Of a stretch of DNA of 64,000 nt, positions 18,930 through 28,156 are shown one piece after another. Both the position numbers and the translations under genes were made by a program. Position 1 is the first letter of the stretch; each line of letters begins with the position of its first letter. Source of the DNA: Candidatus Omnitrophota bacterium (lineage in GTDB: Bacteria > Omnitrophota > Gorgyraeia > B26-G9); assembly GCA_043805415.1 (NCBI GenBank), contig JAZDHZ010000036.1, positions 4,194 through 68,193 on the forward strand, in the 5' to 3' direction. Under the pieces are notes generated by a model. That model saw nothing but the letters and a program-made list of their open reading frames with translations, searched no databases and was not told the origin of the DNA.

Positions 18930-19735
18930 AATGGCCTTTCAAAATATAATTCCGGCAAAGAAGAAATATTCCATAAACTTGGACCAAATGCCTTAATCAG
19001 CTTCTCATCGGATAGAACATCTTTCGGCGCGCCTTCAGCCACAACCGATTGATTTAACAGTACAACCCGGTCAACATAACGCGAAATACCCGGCAAATCA
19101 TGGGTAACCAGAATCACTGAAATATCATGCTGTTTTCTTAAATCGCGCACAAGCTGATAAAAAAGCGCCAGGCCTTTTACATCAACCCCGCTGCTCGGCT
19201 CATCTAATAATAACAATTCCGGCCTGTTAGTCATCGCTATGGCCAGCAAAACCCGCTGCAGCTCTCCTCCGGATAATTCTCCGATCTTTCGCTTGATTAA
19301 ATGATCCGCGGAAAATACTTCCAGAATCTTTTTTATATCCTCGATAATTTTCCAGCTAAGCCCCAGCCAAACCGGCTGATTGCTTATTGCCGCGGCAACT
19401 AAATCCGCGACACTGACCGGAGAATCCAGATCAAACTGGAGTTTTTGCGGAACATAACCCATGCGCGGCCTGCGGCGCTGGCCTCCGCCGACAAGAGAAA
19501 CCATTTCTCCGCGATATGGCACTTCGCCTAAGATCGCCCTGAGCAAACTTGTTTTTCCCGCGCCATTTGGCCCGACAATCGCGATGATTTCTCCGCAATG
19601 AATATGCAGGTCAACATTATTTAAAATCAGATTGCCGCCAAGATTAACTGTCAGGCCATTAATCTTGATACAGCAATGCGGGCAAACCGCGGCGCTGGCA
19701 GGCAGAGAATGATTTTGATTATTGGGAGAAGGCAT
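18926..19735 (-). CDS. znuC: Zn/Mn ABC transporter ATP-binding protein
   Basis: GPNGAGKT, GYVPQ, LSGGELQRV, LLDEP; N-terminal CPHCC. Confidence 0.9.
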   Translation of the reverse strand: MPSPNNQNHSLPASAAVCPHCCIKINGLTVNLGGNLILNNVDLHIHCGEIIAIVGPNGAGKTSLLRAILGEVPYRGEMVSLVGGGQRRRPRMGYVPQKLQFDLDSPVSVADLVAAAISNQPVWLGLSWKIIEDIKKILEVFSADHLIKRKIGELSGGELQRVLLAIAMTNRPELLLLDEPSSGVDVKGLALFYQLVRDLRKQHDISVILVTHDLPGISRYVDRVVLLNQSVVAEGAPKDVLSDEKLIKAFGPSLWNISSLPELYFERPL

Positions 19736-20624
19736 TTTTTAAAACCTCAAGATTTTTTTCCATAATATTTATATAAGCATTAAGCTCATCAGGCCCGATA
19801 ACCGCCGGATCCAAAGTATAAACCATCGCTCCGGTCTCATTGGCAATTGTTCTGGCTGCCCTGCCGGGATATTGCGGCTCGCTAAACAGTGCTTTAATCC
19901 CGGCTTTTTTAATAATATCCACTGTGTCCGCCAATTCCCTGGCGCTGGGTTCACTTCCCGGCTCTCTTTCAATAACCGCCGCGATCTCAAATCCAAACTC
20001 CTGGGCAAAATAAGGAAATGCTTCATGAAAGGTAATAATCTTTCTTCCTCTATACTTTGCCAGCTCCAATCGCATTTTCTGTAGCAGTGTTTTTAATTTA
20101 GCTACATACTCAGCTGTATTCTTACGGTATATCTGCGCGTGCGCAGGGTCGATTTTTCCCAAATTAGTACCAAGATTATTAACTTCTATAATCGCGTTAG
20201 AAATACTCACCCAGACATGCGGATTATCGCCTTCACCGCCTTCGCCTTTAATCAGCGGGATGCCCTCGGCTAACTGGAATATCTTTATTTGAGGATATTG
20301 AGTAATTATCCGGTTAAGAAAAGATTCCATGCCCGCGCCATTCGCCACAAAAATATCCGCCCCGGACAATTTCTTCATATCATTGGTTGTTATTGTATAA
20401 TCATGCAGACATCCGGTCAGCGGAGGCGTAAGGTTAGTAACTACCACCCCCGGCACATCCTTGGCCACATTCCGCGCCATGATATACATGGGATAAAAAG
20501 ACGCGACAATCTTAAGCGGCTTGCCCTTTGCCTTATCCAAAGATTGGGCGCGCGCGATTAACCCAGACGAAAATACTATTATACTCCCGAAAATTAAACA
20601 TATTGCTATGGTTTTTTTAAGCAT
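19719..20624 (-). CDS. znuA: Zn/Mn ABC transporter substrate-binding protein
   Basis: GCLHDY, ANGAGME, NPHVW, FHEAFPYF, LDP. Start moved to ATG 20624 (AGGAGG RBS, signal peptide). Confidence 0.88.
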   Translation of the reverse strand: MLKKTIAICLIFGSIIVFSSGLIARAQSLDKAKGKPLKIVASFYPMYIMARNVAKDVPGVVVTNLTPPLTGCLHDYTITTNDMKKLSGADIFVANGAGMESFLNRIITQYPQIKIFQLAEGIPLIKGEGGEGDNPHVWVSISNAIIEVNNLGTNLGKIDPAHAQIYRKNTAEYVAKLKTLLQKMRLELAKYRGRKIITFHEAFPYFAQEFGFEIAAVIEREPGSEPSARELADTVDIIKKAGIKALFSEPQYPGRAARTIANETGAMVYTLDPAVIGPDELNAYINIMEKNLEVLKNAFSQ

Positions 20625-20702
20625 AACTTGCCTCCTATTACGTATTCTCCAGCTGTCTGGTCGGCACACGATGATTTATAAAAACTTCTGTTGGTACAGT
20701 AG

Positions 20703-20858
20703 TTATCCAAAACGCTTTTTTTCTTTTTTTTCTATTTGGACTACTTTGGCATTATGCACAGTAATCACTAGTTCCCCATACTCCAATTGACTGAGGGCAC
20801 GGGTAATTTCATTCATTATATTTTGATCTGGGGATTTATTATTACTTTTTTCTATCAT
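20703..20858 (-). CDS. DUF2292/YezD (OscA-like) small protein, 51 aa; not in the track
   Basis: Hand translation MIEKSNNKSPDQNIMNEITRALSQLEYGELVITVHNAKVVQIEKKEKKRFG fits the family pattern YGxxxIxxHxxxVVQIExxEKxR. Confidence 0.85.
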   Translation of the reverse strand: MIEKSNNKSPDQNIMNEITRALSQLEYGELVITVHNAKVVQIEKKEKKRFG

Positions 20859-20876
20859 ATTAAATACTTTTCGAAA

Positions 20877-21446
20877 TTATATCTTTTTTCCAACCTGAGC
20901 TTTATTTATGTAAAAAAGCGTATCCAGTCGTTTTTGTCCATCTTCATCAATAAACTGTTCTTTAGTGAAATGAAATATTCCGGTTACTTCCACCAAAGCC
21001 GGAAAAGGCGGCGAAATATTTTTGCCTTCATTCATATCAACTATAACAGCATTAAATATACTCGGGGGATTTCCCCAACTACAGCACGGACAACCATAGG
21101 CATTTTTGCACACAACAAAATTGTTAACCGGATCATTAATATAATAGGCTTCTGGCGGCAGCAAAAGATATCCTGTAATTTTGACCAGTTTACCGTTTAA
21201 TGCTTGAATATTCTGGGGAATCTCTTTTAAGTCAGACTCATCCTCATTAACATACTTTTCTACTTGCCCTAATAAATTAAAATCAATATTAATAATATCC
21301 TGTTTAACCGGCAAAACCTCTTTATTAGAAGCGCCCAAGGCCAATCCATTACAAACGGCTATTAAAAAAATAAACGCAGCGATAAATGTCCGGATATAAT
21401 TGTTTGGGTTTTTAATTTTTAAGTAAATCAACTTTTTTCCTGCCAT
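20877..21446 (-). CDS. DUF3299-like exported protein with CPCC motif
   Basis: IQALNGKLVKITGYLL..FVV..GCPCC..PP..VEVTG; N-terminal TM. Confidence 0.7.
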   Translation of the reverse strand: MAGKKLIYLKIKNPNNYIRTFIAAFIFLIAVCNGLALGASNKEVLPVKQDIINIDFNLLGQVEKYVNEDESDLKEIPQNIQALNGKLVKITGYLLLPPEAYYINDPVNNFVVCKNAYGCPCCSWGNPPSIFNAVIVDMNEGKNISPPFPALVEVTGIFHFTKEQFIDEDGQKRLDTLFYINKAQVGKKI

Positions 21447-22038
21447 GGCTTTCCTTAGGATAATATTTTTGTTCTTCCTGTTCTATTTGTTTTACTTTAA
21501 CCACATTCCCTAATTCTTGATATGACCTTAAAAGTATCGTAAGCGCGCCGCGGTGATAATTCAGGAAATCGCCAGTAGTTGTTTTCCCTTTGTCCGGACC
21601 CGCGACTCTTATTTGTTCAAAATACGGTAAAGCTCTGGCAAATTCTTTTTTCGTGAAATAAGCCATACCCAGATCAAAACAAGCCCCTTTATTCATCGGA
21701 TTTAAAGAAACCACTTTTTCATACGTTGCGATCGCTTCATCTATCTCTCCGTTTTGCTCATAAGCATATCCTAATGATTTCAATGCCGGAATATTTTTCC
21801 GGTCAATAAAAACAATTTTCTTACACACGCGTATCGCGTTATTATAAGAACCGCCATTAAAATACGCGGCTACCCGCGTAAGCATCTGTTGGATTATAAA
21901 CGGCCTTAAAACCAACAACAGTCCTGAAATAATAAACACGCTCATTACCCAACGTATAATCAAACCGGAAAAACGATGACCATGAGCATGCCCACAAGCG
22001 CAGCCTTTTGAATGAGTTTTATGTTCCATATTATTCAC
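21412..22038 (-). CDS. Membrane-anchored TPR protein with His/Cys-rich N-terminus
   Basis: HKTHSKGCACGHAHGH, a TM segment, then TPR-like LGYAYEQNGEIDEAIATYEK and LGMAYFTKKEFARA. Confidence 0.85.
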   Translation of the reverse strand: MNNMEHKTHSKGCACGHAHGHRFSGLIIRWVMSVFIISGLLLVLRPFIIQQMLTRVAAYFNGGSYNNAIRVCKKIVFIDRKNIPALKSLGYAYEQNGEIDEAIATYEKVVSLNPMNKGACFDLGMAYFTKKEFARALPYFEQIRVAGPDKGKTTTGDFLNYHRGALTILLRSYQELGNVVKVKQIEQEEQKYYPKESHGRKKVDLLKN

Positions 22039-22772
22039 GCGATCATTAAGAGAAATAAACCGGAAACTATCAAAATATTCCCGGCAACAAAACTTATGGC
22101 TTCTTCCAGTTTCTGCGTCCGCGGCCTTATATGCTTTAGGATGCTGGTCGAAAATCCAATCACTAATATCGGGATACTTTGGCCTAGCGCGAAACTAAAA
22201 AAAACCAAGCCTGAATAAAGTAATGAGCCTTTAATCACAACCAAACTGGCTATGACCATTAACACTGCCCCGCAACAAGGACATGCCGGCATTTCCAGAA
22301 AAGCAAACAGCATCCCAAAGATAAATGCCGAATGAAGATTATTTGCCTGCTTTACGGTTGCCGCGCAATGTTTATAAAACCCACTTTTCCCTATAGGAAT
22401 CAGCCCGGAAAAAAACAATCCGCCGCTAATTAATAAAATGCCTAAAGTAAAATAAAGATATTGACTGATCTGAATAAGTTTTCCGGCTAAACCGGAAACA
22501 GTTCCAAATAATAATCCAAGTATCGTGTAACTTACAATCAGCCCGCAGGCAAATGCTGTCGAAAGAAATATCCCTTTCTTTTTCGACTCGGATGTTGCCG
22601 CTACATATCCCCATAGTACCGGAATCCGGGCGATTGTGCAGGAACTCAATGAAGCAACCGCGCCGGCAAAAGCAACCGCGAGCAAAACCACAGGCAATGA
22701 GCCGTGAGCAATTATATTTTGAATAAAAGCAATCAATGAAACCCCCGCACAAATACAATTCCTATATCCCAA
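22035..22772 (-). CDS. CcdA/DsbD transmembrane-domain protein
   Basis: AGAVASLSSCTIARIP, FGMLF..PACPCC, FALGQSIP. Start uncertain. Confidence 0.85.
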   Translation of the reverse strand: MGYRNCICAGVSLIAFIQNIIAHGSLPVVLLAVAFAGAVASLSSCTIARIPVLWGYVAATSESKKKGIFLSTAFACGLIVSYTILGLLFGTVSGLAGKLIQISQYLYFTLGILLISGGLFFSGLIPIGKSGFYKHCAATVKQANNLHSAFIFGMLFAFLEMPACPCCGAVLMVIASLVVIKGSLLYSGLVFFSFALGQSIPILVIGFSTSILKHIRPRTQKLEEAISFVAGNILIVSGLFLLMIA

Positions 22773-22785
22773 AAATCCTCTTTTC

Positions 22786-22914
22786 TCATTTACACTTTTT
22801 CCTAATTCTCATAACCGCTGATTTAAGCATAATCCTCACCCATTTCCAGCCCTTAATTAGAATAGCCCCGTAAAACAAACCGCATAATCCTGTATTCCCA
22901 CAATATTGACACAT
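22786..22914 (-). CDS. Small CxxC peptide, 42 aa; not in the track
   Basis: MCQYCGNTGLCGLFYGAILIKGWKWVRIMLKSAVMRIRKKCK. ATG is 1 nt after the upstream stop and the ORF fills the operon gap. Confidence 0.5.
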   Translation of the reverse strand: MCQYCGNTGLCGLFYGAILIKGWKWVRIMLKSAVMRIRKKCK

Positions 22915-22915
22915 A

Positions 22916-23332
22916 TCAGCGCTTTTTGGTTAACTCATTAAAAATTTTTTCAGAAACAAATTCCGCGAGTGAATAGTTGCCCGATACCACGACAACCTCC
23001 GAATGGCCTTGATTGACAGGATTAACGAGTATGCAAACTTCAGTGGTATCAATACAGGAATGAAACGATCTGTCAAAACGTTGCGCGACAATCAGAGAAC
23101 GTTTTATATCCTTTTTTATTATTTCGGACTGCATTACTTCTAATATTTTTAGCGTTTTCTCAAATACAGCTTCGCTGCCGGCAGCAAATTCATGCGTATA
23201 TTTTTTCTCAGCATTAGCTATATCGCCAATGGTATATATGCCCAAGAATTCTTGCCGAAGCTCCATCGCAGAACACCCTGAAACAATACCAAACAATCCC
23301 ACCAATAAAATAATTCTAAAATCTGTTTTCAT
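22916..23332 (-). CDS. Putative lipoprotein
   Basis: Lipobox-like IVSG|C after a hydrophobic segment; GGAG RBS. Confidence 0.75.
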   Translation of the reverse strand: MKTDFRIILLVGLFGIVSGCSAMELRQEFLGIYTIGDIANAEKKYTHEFAAGSEAVFEKTLKILEVMQSEIIKKDIKRSLIVAQRFDRSFHSCIDTTEVCILVNPVNQGHSEVVVVSGNYSLAEFVSEKIFNELTKKR

Positions 23333-23350
23333 GATAGACTCTCCATCATA

Positions 23351-23371
23351 AAATGAAAATAACTTCTATTC
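23351..23371. promoter_or_regulatory. Second Fur/Zur-box-like site
   Basis: Reverse complement GAATAGAAGTTATTTTCATTT resembles the box at 23814-23834; lies just before the first structural gene. Confidence 0.5.
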
Positions 23372-23389
23372 AGAAATCAAAAAAATTCT

Positions 23390-23803
23390 TTACTTAAAGC
23401 AAGCGTCACATATGCCGTTAACCTGCATAAAATGGCTAACAACTCTATAACCATTGATCTTCTTGGTGTCATTAATCGCGCAATCATTGATTTCGTCAAC
23501 CTTGCCGCACTTAATACAAGTGATATGATGATGGTGGTAACCGCTGTTAACAGCTGAACAAAGCCCGTAATGCTTCTTGCGATCGAATTGTTGTATACGT
23601 GTTAGGATTCCGCAATTAGCAAGACTCTCAAGATTTCGGTATACGCTCGGCAACCCGCATTGATCAAAATCCTTGCGCAATTCATTCCAGACTTCTTCGG
23701 GTGTTAAATGGCTATCGCAGTAAATAAATAACTCAACAATCGCTTTTCTGCGGGGTGTTAGCTTTAACCCATTCTCTCTTAATCTCTCTAAATAGTTATC
23801 CAT
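23390..23803 (-). CDS. Fur-family transcriptional repressor (Zur-like by context)
   Basis: GLKLTPRR, SVYRNL, HHHHITCIKCG, C-terminal CDAC. Start moved to ATG 23803 (AAGGA RBS). Confidence 0.92.
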   Translation of the reverse strand: MDNYLERLRENGLKLTPRRKAIVELFIYCDSHLTPEEVWNELRKDFDQCGLPSVYRNLESLANCGILTRIQQFDRKKHYGLCSAVNSGYHHHHITCIKCGKVDEINDCAINDTKKINGYRVVSHFMQVNGICDACFK

Positions 23804-23813
23804 GTTTTTCCTT

Positions 23814-23863
23814 AAATAGAAATTATTTCTGTTTATAATATCACCTAAAAAACACCTTGTCAA
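23814..23863 (-). promoter_or_regulatory. Sigma70 promoter with adjacent Fur/Zur-type operator
   Basis: TTGACA (23863-23858)-17 nt-TATTAT (23840-23835), immediately followed by the imperfect 10-1-10 palindrome AAATAGAAAT-T-ATTTCTGTTT (23814-23834). Confidence 0.75.
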
Positions 23864-24034
23864 TTAAATTAAGTTTGTTTTTAGCTTTGTTCGCTCAGTG
23901 TCCAAACTGGCAAAATAAAACCCTTGCAACTTATTACGTTACAGGCTTAGAATTTGACTCCCCAAAAATACAAAACGTATTTACCCCAATTTATGAGAAG
24001 CTTAAAAATTCCCCCATCATCTTTGACAAAGTTC

Positions 24035-24152
24035 GCTTTTCATGCTTTTGTTTTTCTGCTTTTGACCATCAGCCATCGACTATTAGCTATAAGCCAAGCG
24101 TTTTAAGCTTTTGTTTTTCTAAACGCTATACGCTATCCGCTATACGCTGCTT
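24035..24152. repeat. Intergenic 7-bp tandem repeat mosaic
   Basis: CTATTAGCTATAAGCCAAGCGTTTT and GCTATAC/GCTATCC/GCTATAC units shared with 7223-7303 and 33580-33694. Confidence 0.85.
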
Positions 24153-24171
24153 TCTTGAACTCAACAAGTTC

Positions 24172-24200
24172 TTGACAAAACAATCAAAATAAGGTACTAT
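24172..24200 (+). promoter_or_regulatory. Sigma70 promoter of the HTH-parA-pilMN-gspD operon
   Basis: TTGACA-17 nt-TACTAT. Confidence 0.7.
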
Positions 24201-24251
24201 TTTATTGGGTTTAGTACAAAAAGTCGCTAAATTTAACAATTATAGGAAAAA

Positions 24252-24461
24252 ATGAACCTTAAAATTAATAATCTAGCCAAAGAATTAAATGTCTCGATTC
24301 AAACCATTAAGAACTATGAGACTTGGGGGATTTTGCCTAAAGCCAGGCGCGATGAGAAAAAATGGCGCTATTATACAATAGAAGATGTTTTAAAAATAAA
24401 AGCCTTGTTTGCTGAAGAAATAAAACAAGATCTCAATAAACATAAAAAGAGAGCGCAATAA
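24252..24461 (+). CDS. Stand-alone MerR-type HTH protein
   Basis: KINNLAKELNVSIQTIKNYETWGILP..RDEKKWRYY; no effector domain. Confidence 0.85.
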   Translation: MNLKINNLAKELNVSIQTIKNYETWGILPKARRDEKKWRYYTIEDVLKIKALFAEEIKQDLNKHKKRAQ

Positions 24462-25225
24462 TGATTATTGCCGTGACCAATCAAAAAGGCGGAGTAGGAA
24501 AAACCACAACCACAATTAATTTATCTGCCTCTTTGGCTGTCCTGGGATACAGAGTATTAGTTATAGATCTGGATCCTCAGGGCAACTCTTCTGACGGCTT
24601 AGGCATTGATACAAATAAGCTGGACAATACTATTTACGACGCGCTGATAAATGATACCCCCTTAAGTGACATTATTATTCCCAATCAGCTGCGAAATCTT
24701 TTTATTGCTCCGGCGAATATCAGCCTGTCGGGAGCAGAAACTGAACTTGCCTCTGATATTTCTCGGCCGTTTAAATTAAGAAAATCGCTTCGTCCCGAAA
24801 TATCAAAATACGATTATATCATCATTGACTGTCCTCCTTCCCTGGGCATACTTACGGTCAATGCGATTGTGGCCAGTACTGATTTAGTTGTTCCGATAGA
24901 ACCCAGCAGCTATGCTTTAAAAGGCATGAGCATGTTAATGAGCACTATTCTTAAGATAAAGGATGATCTGGAACATTATGTGCGCTTTATGGGTGTGGTT
25001 ATTAATATGTATGACGAATCAATCCCTTTACATTCATCGATTACCGAGGCAATTATCGAGTATTTCACAGCCCGCAAGGTATTTAATTCAAGAATTTATC
25101 GTGACCCCAAAATACCGGAAGCGGAAATTCATGGGCAAAGCATCCAGCAATATGCCCCGGAAAATCCAGCAGCGCAGATGTTTATGGCCCTGGCAAAAGA
25201 AGTGGATAAAAAAGCAAATGAGTGA
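24461..25225 (+). CDS. parA: ParA/Soj family ATPase (orphan; no parB in the window)
   Basis: NQKGGVGKTT, DLDPQGN, IIDCPPSLG. Confidence 0.93.
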   Translation: MIIAVTNQKGGVGKTTTTINLSASLAVLGYRVLVIDLDPQGNSSDGLGIDTNKLDNTIYDALINDTPLSDIIIPNQLRNLFIAPANISLSGAETELASDISRPFKLRKSLRPEISKYDYIIIDCPPSLGILTVNAIVASTDLVVPIEPSSYALKGMSMLMSTILKIKDDLEHYVRFMGVVINMYDESIPLHSSITEAIIEYFTARKVFNSRIYRDPKIPEAEIHGQSIQQYAPENPAAQMFMALAKEVDKKANE

Positions 25226-27032
25226 TAAAAATAAAGATAAAATCAATGAGGTTGTGAAATCGAAAATTAAAGGATTGGGCCTGGATGCTCTTTTCCATCA
25301 AGTAGATATAACTCAAAAAGATGCGCAAAAAGACACAAGGAAAAAGCCGATTAATTCACAGGATGAGCTAGCGCTTATTAAAAAAATCAGCCGCGGCGTT
25401 CCGCTTAAATATCATAATCCTTTGCCTAAGCTAATTTACACTTTCTTGGCAAATTTTAATGCTAAAAAAACTGATAATAGAATTATCCTTGATATTGGAT
25501 CTAGCAGCATCAAGATAATGATTCTAAAGTATGACAAGCAAAATATTATCCTTCAAGATGCTATTTTCATCCCAATCCCGCATATTGTCACAACAACCGA
25601 AGAAAAATTAAGTAATTTCATCAAAAAAAGCATCATGCCCATAGCCAAGAGTCCCTTATTTAAAAATTCTTCGATTCTCACGCTACTTTCCCGCAACACA
25701 ATGATTGTAAAATTCATTAGTTTGCCGACAATCGAAAAACAAGAAATAGAAAAAATGCTTTCATTTGAAGCAGAACAGCATTTGCCTTTCCCCCTTTCTG
25801 AGATTGAGATGGATTATCAGATTATTTCTCAAGATCCACCTGAGAGCAAAGTGATTCTTATTGCCGCGAAGAAATCTGTAATCAAAGAGCATCTAAACCT
25901 GCTTGAAACTTTAGGTTTATATCCAGATAGCATCAAAGTAAGTTCTATCGCGCTTTATAATAGTGCTTTATCTCGGACAAGAAAATCCGGGCTTTATCTG
26001 CAAGTACATATCGGCGCCGTACATACTGACATAAACATCATTTATAATAATCAATTGAGCTTTTGCCGAAATATTGCCTGGGGATCAAAAGACCTAACTC
26101 TGCGCTTAAGTAAAAACCTTAATCTAAGTTTTGACAATGCCCAAAAATTAAAACATGAAAACGGAATTATTATCACAAAACAAGAAGCAAATGAAATTCA
26201 AAAAAATATTTCTCTAATCTCCGCTAAATGGGCCGATGATCTTATCTTAGAAATTAATCGTACGCTAGAATCTTTTCAGATAAATACTGGTAAAAACGAC
26301 ATCCAACAGCTAAATTTGAGCGGCGGCGGAGCTTGTTTGATAAATTTCAATGAATACTTACGCGAAAAACTAAAAATAAAAACAGCAATGGAAAAGCCTT
26401 TGCCTTTAGAGGGAAACTCTTTGGTTATTAATAATTACGAGAAACATTCTCAAGAATTTCACCTTTGCACTGGACTGATAAACAAAGATCCGCAAGCTGG
26501 TTATTTAAATTTTAATCTTGTTCCTGAGAATATTAAGCATGCGATAAAAGCCAAACAACTAAAAATCAGGCATTTAACCTATATTATTATTTCATTAATT
26601 ATCGGATTGTCTTTGTTTATATTCCCAGCGTGGTTATTATCCTCAAGAGATAATCATATAAAAGATTTAGACAAACAACTAGAGGATTTAGAACCTGATT
26701 TATTAGTTGTTTCTCAATTGCGGGATCGGATTCAAACAATTGAAGATTATGTCGGGGCTAAAAACTCCTGTATGGAAGTTTTACGTGAAATCAGCATAAT
26801 TGTCCCCTATGACATAACAATCAATGATTTTGCCTTTGAAAAAAATGAATCCGTGATTCTTTCAGGCATCGCTCAATCTCATTCTTCGGTGGTAAATTTT
26901 TCTCAACAGTTAAATGAATCAGCTTCATTGACTGATGTGAAAATTGTATTTAGCAGAAAAAAAGGACTGCCTGGAGAAGAAATTATTGATTTTGAGATTT
27001 TTTGTAAAATAAAAAATAACGAGGACAAGTAA
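25218..27032 (+). CDS. PilM (actin-like)-PilN fusion (GspL-like) with an N-terminal extension
   Basis: LDIGSSSIK, FEAEQHLPF, HIGAVHT, LSGGGA, NLVP, TM, PilN-like C-terminus. ATG 25218 overlaps the parA stop region. Confidence 0.85.
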   Translation: MSDKNKDKINEVVKSKIKGLGLDALFHQVDITQKDAQKDTRKKPINSQDELALIKKISRGVPLKYHNPLPKLIYTFLANFNAKKTDNRIILDIGSSSIKIMILKYDKQNIILQDAIFIPIPHIVTTTEEKLSNFIKKSIMPIAKSPLFKNSSILTLLSRNTMIVKFISLPTIEKQEIEKMLSFEAEQHLPFPLSEIEMDYQIISQDPPESKVILIAAKKSVIKEHLNLLETLGLYPDSIKVSSIALYNSALSRTRKSGLYLQVHIGAVHTDINIIYNNQLSFCRNIAWGSKDLTLRLSKNLNLSFDNAQKLKHENGIIITKQEANEIQKNISLISAKWADDLILEINRTLESFQINTGKNDIQQLNLSGGGACLINFNEYLREKLKIKTAMEKPLPLEGNSLVINNYEKHSQEFHLCTGLINKDPQAGYLNFNLVPENIKHAIKAKQLKIRHLTYIIISLIIGLSLFIFPAWLLSSRDNHIKDLDKQLEDLEPDLLVVSQLRDRIQTIEDYVGAKNSCMEVLREISIIVPYDITINDFAFEKNESVILSGIAQSHSSVVNFSQQLNESASLTDVKIVFSRKKGLPGEEIIDFEIFCKIKNNEDK

Positions 27033-27033
27033 T

Positions 27034-27561
27034 ATGCATTGGCTAAAAAGTAAACCAATCCTGGTTTTAAGCGCGAGCATCATTGCTATTATTCTGGTTT
27101 ATATCGCCATAATCAGTCCTTTTTTAACAAAATGGAAAGAACAAGATACTCAGATCAAGCAGAAATTAGCCTTGATTGAGAAAAGCCAGGAAATAATTAA
27201 GCAGCAAGGCGATTTGAATGAGTCTTATTCTATTATAAACCGAAAAATACAAGCTAAGCTGCCCTCTGAGCGAGGGCAAAGCAATTTTTTAACTGCCATT
27301 GGAGAAGTTGCCAAAAAAACAGATATTCATATTGAATCGATGAATCCGCAACCCCTAAGAGAGTTGGGGTTTTCTAATGAATTATCCGTAGAAATAAACA
27401 TGGAAGCAAATTTGGGTAATATTGTGCGCTTTCTTTATGAAATGAGAAAATCATCGGTTGTCCTGGTTGCCAACCGTTTAAAGTTACAACCTAAATCAGA
27501 ACGCTCAGCATTATTAAAAGGTCATTTGGTTATTTCAACCATATTTTTAAAGGAGCAATAA
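27034..27561 (+). CDS. PilO/GspM-like protein
   Basis: N-terminal TM, coiled coil, ferredoxin-like end (NLGNIVRFLYEM); follows pilMN. Confidence 0.8.
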   Translation: MHWLKSKPILVLSASIIAIILVYIAIISPFLTKWKEQDTQIKQKLALIEKSQEIIKQQGDLNESYSIINRKIQAKLPSERGQSNFLTAIGEVAKKTDIHIESMNPQPLRELGFSNELSVEINMEANLGNIVRFLYEMRKSSVVLVANRLKLQPKSERSALLKGHLVISTIFLKEQ

Positions 27562-27562
27562 G

Positions 27563-28156
27563 ATGCCCAGCGATAGAAATAACATGATTAAAAAAATTAC
27601 AAACCAAATTCTCCTGTTTTTGATTTTTCATATCGCGTCTTGCCTTGCTTGTCTTGCTCAATCCGCAGAATCGGATTTATTAGTTGAAAATGACGCGGCT
27701 TTTAATTATTACAAAATAATCGAACAAAGGAATTTTTTCCGTCCTAAAAAAGACCTAAAAAAAGCCGAAACCGAGTTAACGGAAAAAACCCAAAAGCCGG
27801 AAAAAGACAGTTTGGATTTTATTCTTACCGGGGTTATTGAAAGTAAAAATGGATACAAAGCAATTGTTGAGCAAAAAAGCTCAAAAAAAGGATTTTATGT
27901 CTCGGTTAATGAAGCAATTGAAAACTATACAGTTAAAGCAATCATGCCCAATAAAATTTTGATTGAAAAAGATGGTCAGGAATTTGAATTAAAGTTACAG
28001 CAAGGCAGTCAGCAAAAAGAGCAGGCCGCACCTCCCGCGATAACAGCGGCTGATTCTGCTCAACAAACTAATAATGAAGAAACACAACCAACTCCACAAA
28101 CTTTAAGAGAAAATACAATACAACAAATCCGGTCTGGCACTAGGGGGACAAAATGA
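27563..28156 (+). CDS. GspC/PilP-like (HR domain) protein
   Basis: RNFFRP..LTGVI..AIVE..YTVKAI..ILIEKDGQEFELKL; directly before the secretin. Confidence 0.7.
   Translation: MPSDRNNMIKKITNQILLFLIFHIASCLACLAQSAESDLLVENDAAFNYYKIIEQRNFFRPKKDLKKAETELTEKTQKPEKDSLDFILTGVIESKNGYKAIVEQKSSKKGFYVSVNEAIENYTVKAIMPNKILIEKDGQEFELKLQQGSQQKEQAAPPAITAADSAQQTNNEETQPTPQTLRENTIQQIRSGTRGTK

Noticed and set aside
23804-23863. Longer Fur start at TTG 23863
   Set aside because: That TTG is the -35 box TTGACA; ATG 23803 has an RBS and gives a normal Fur length.
23857-24192. 111-aa plus-strand ORF
   Set aside because: Runs through heptamer repeats and promoter sequences.
24963-25217. N-terminal 85 aa of the 689-aa ORF
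   Set aside because: Overlaps parA by about 260 nt; ATG 25218 gives a normal short overlap.
24461-25225. Chromosome or plasmid partition locus
   Set aside because: No parB, parS palindrome or replication genes were seen; parA is embedded in a secretion operon.
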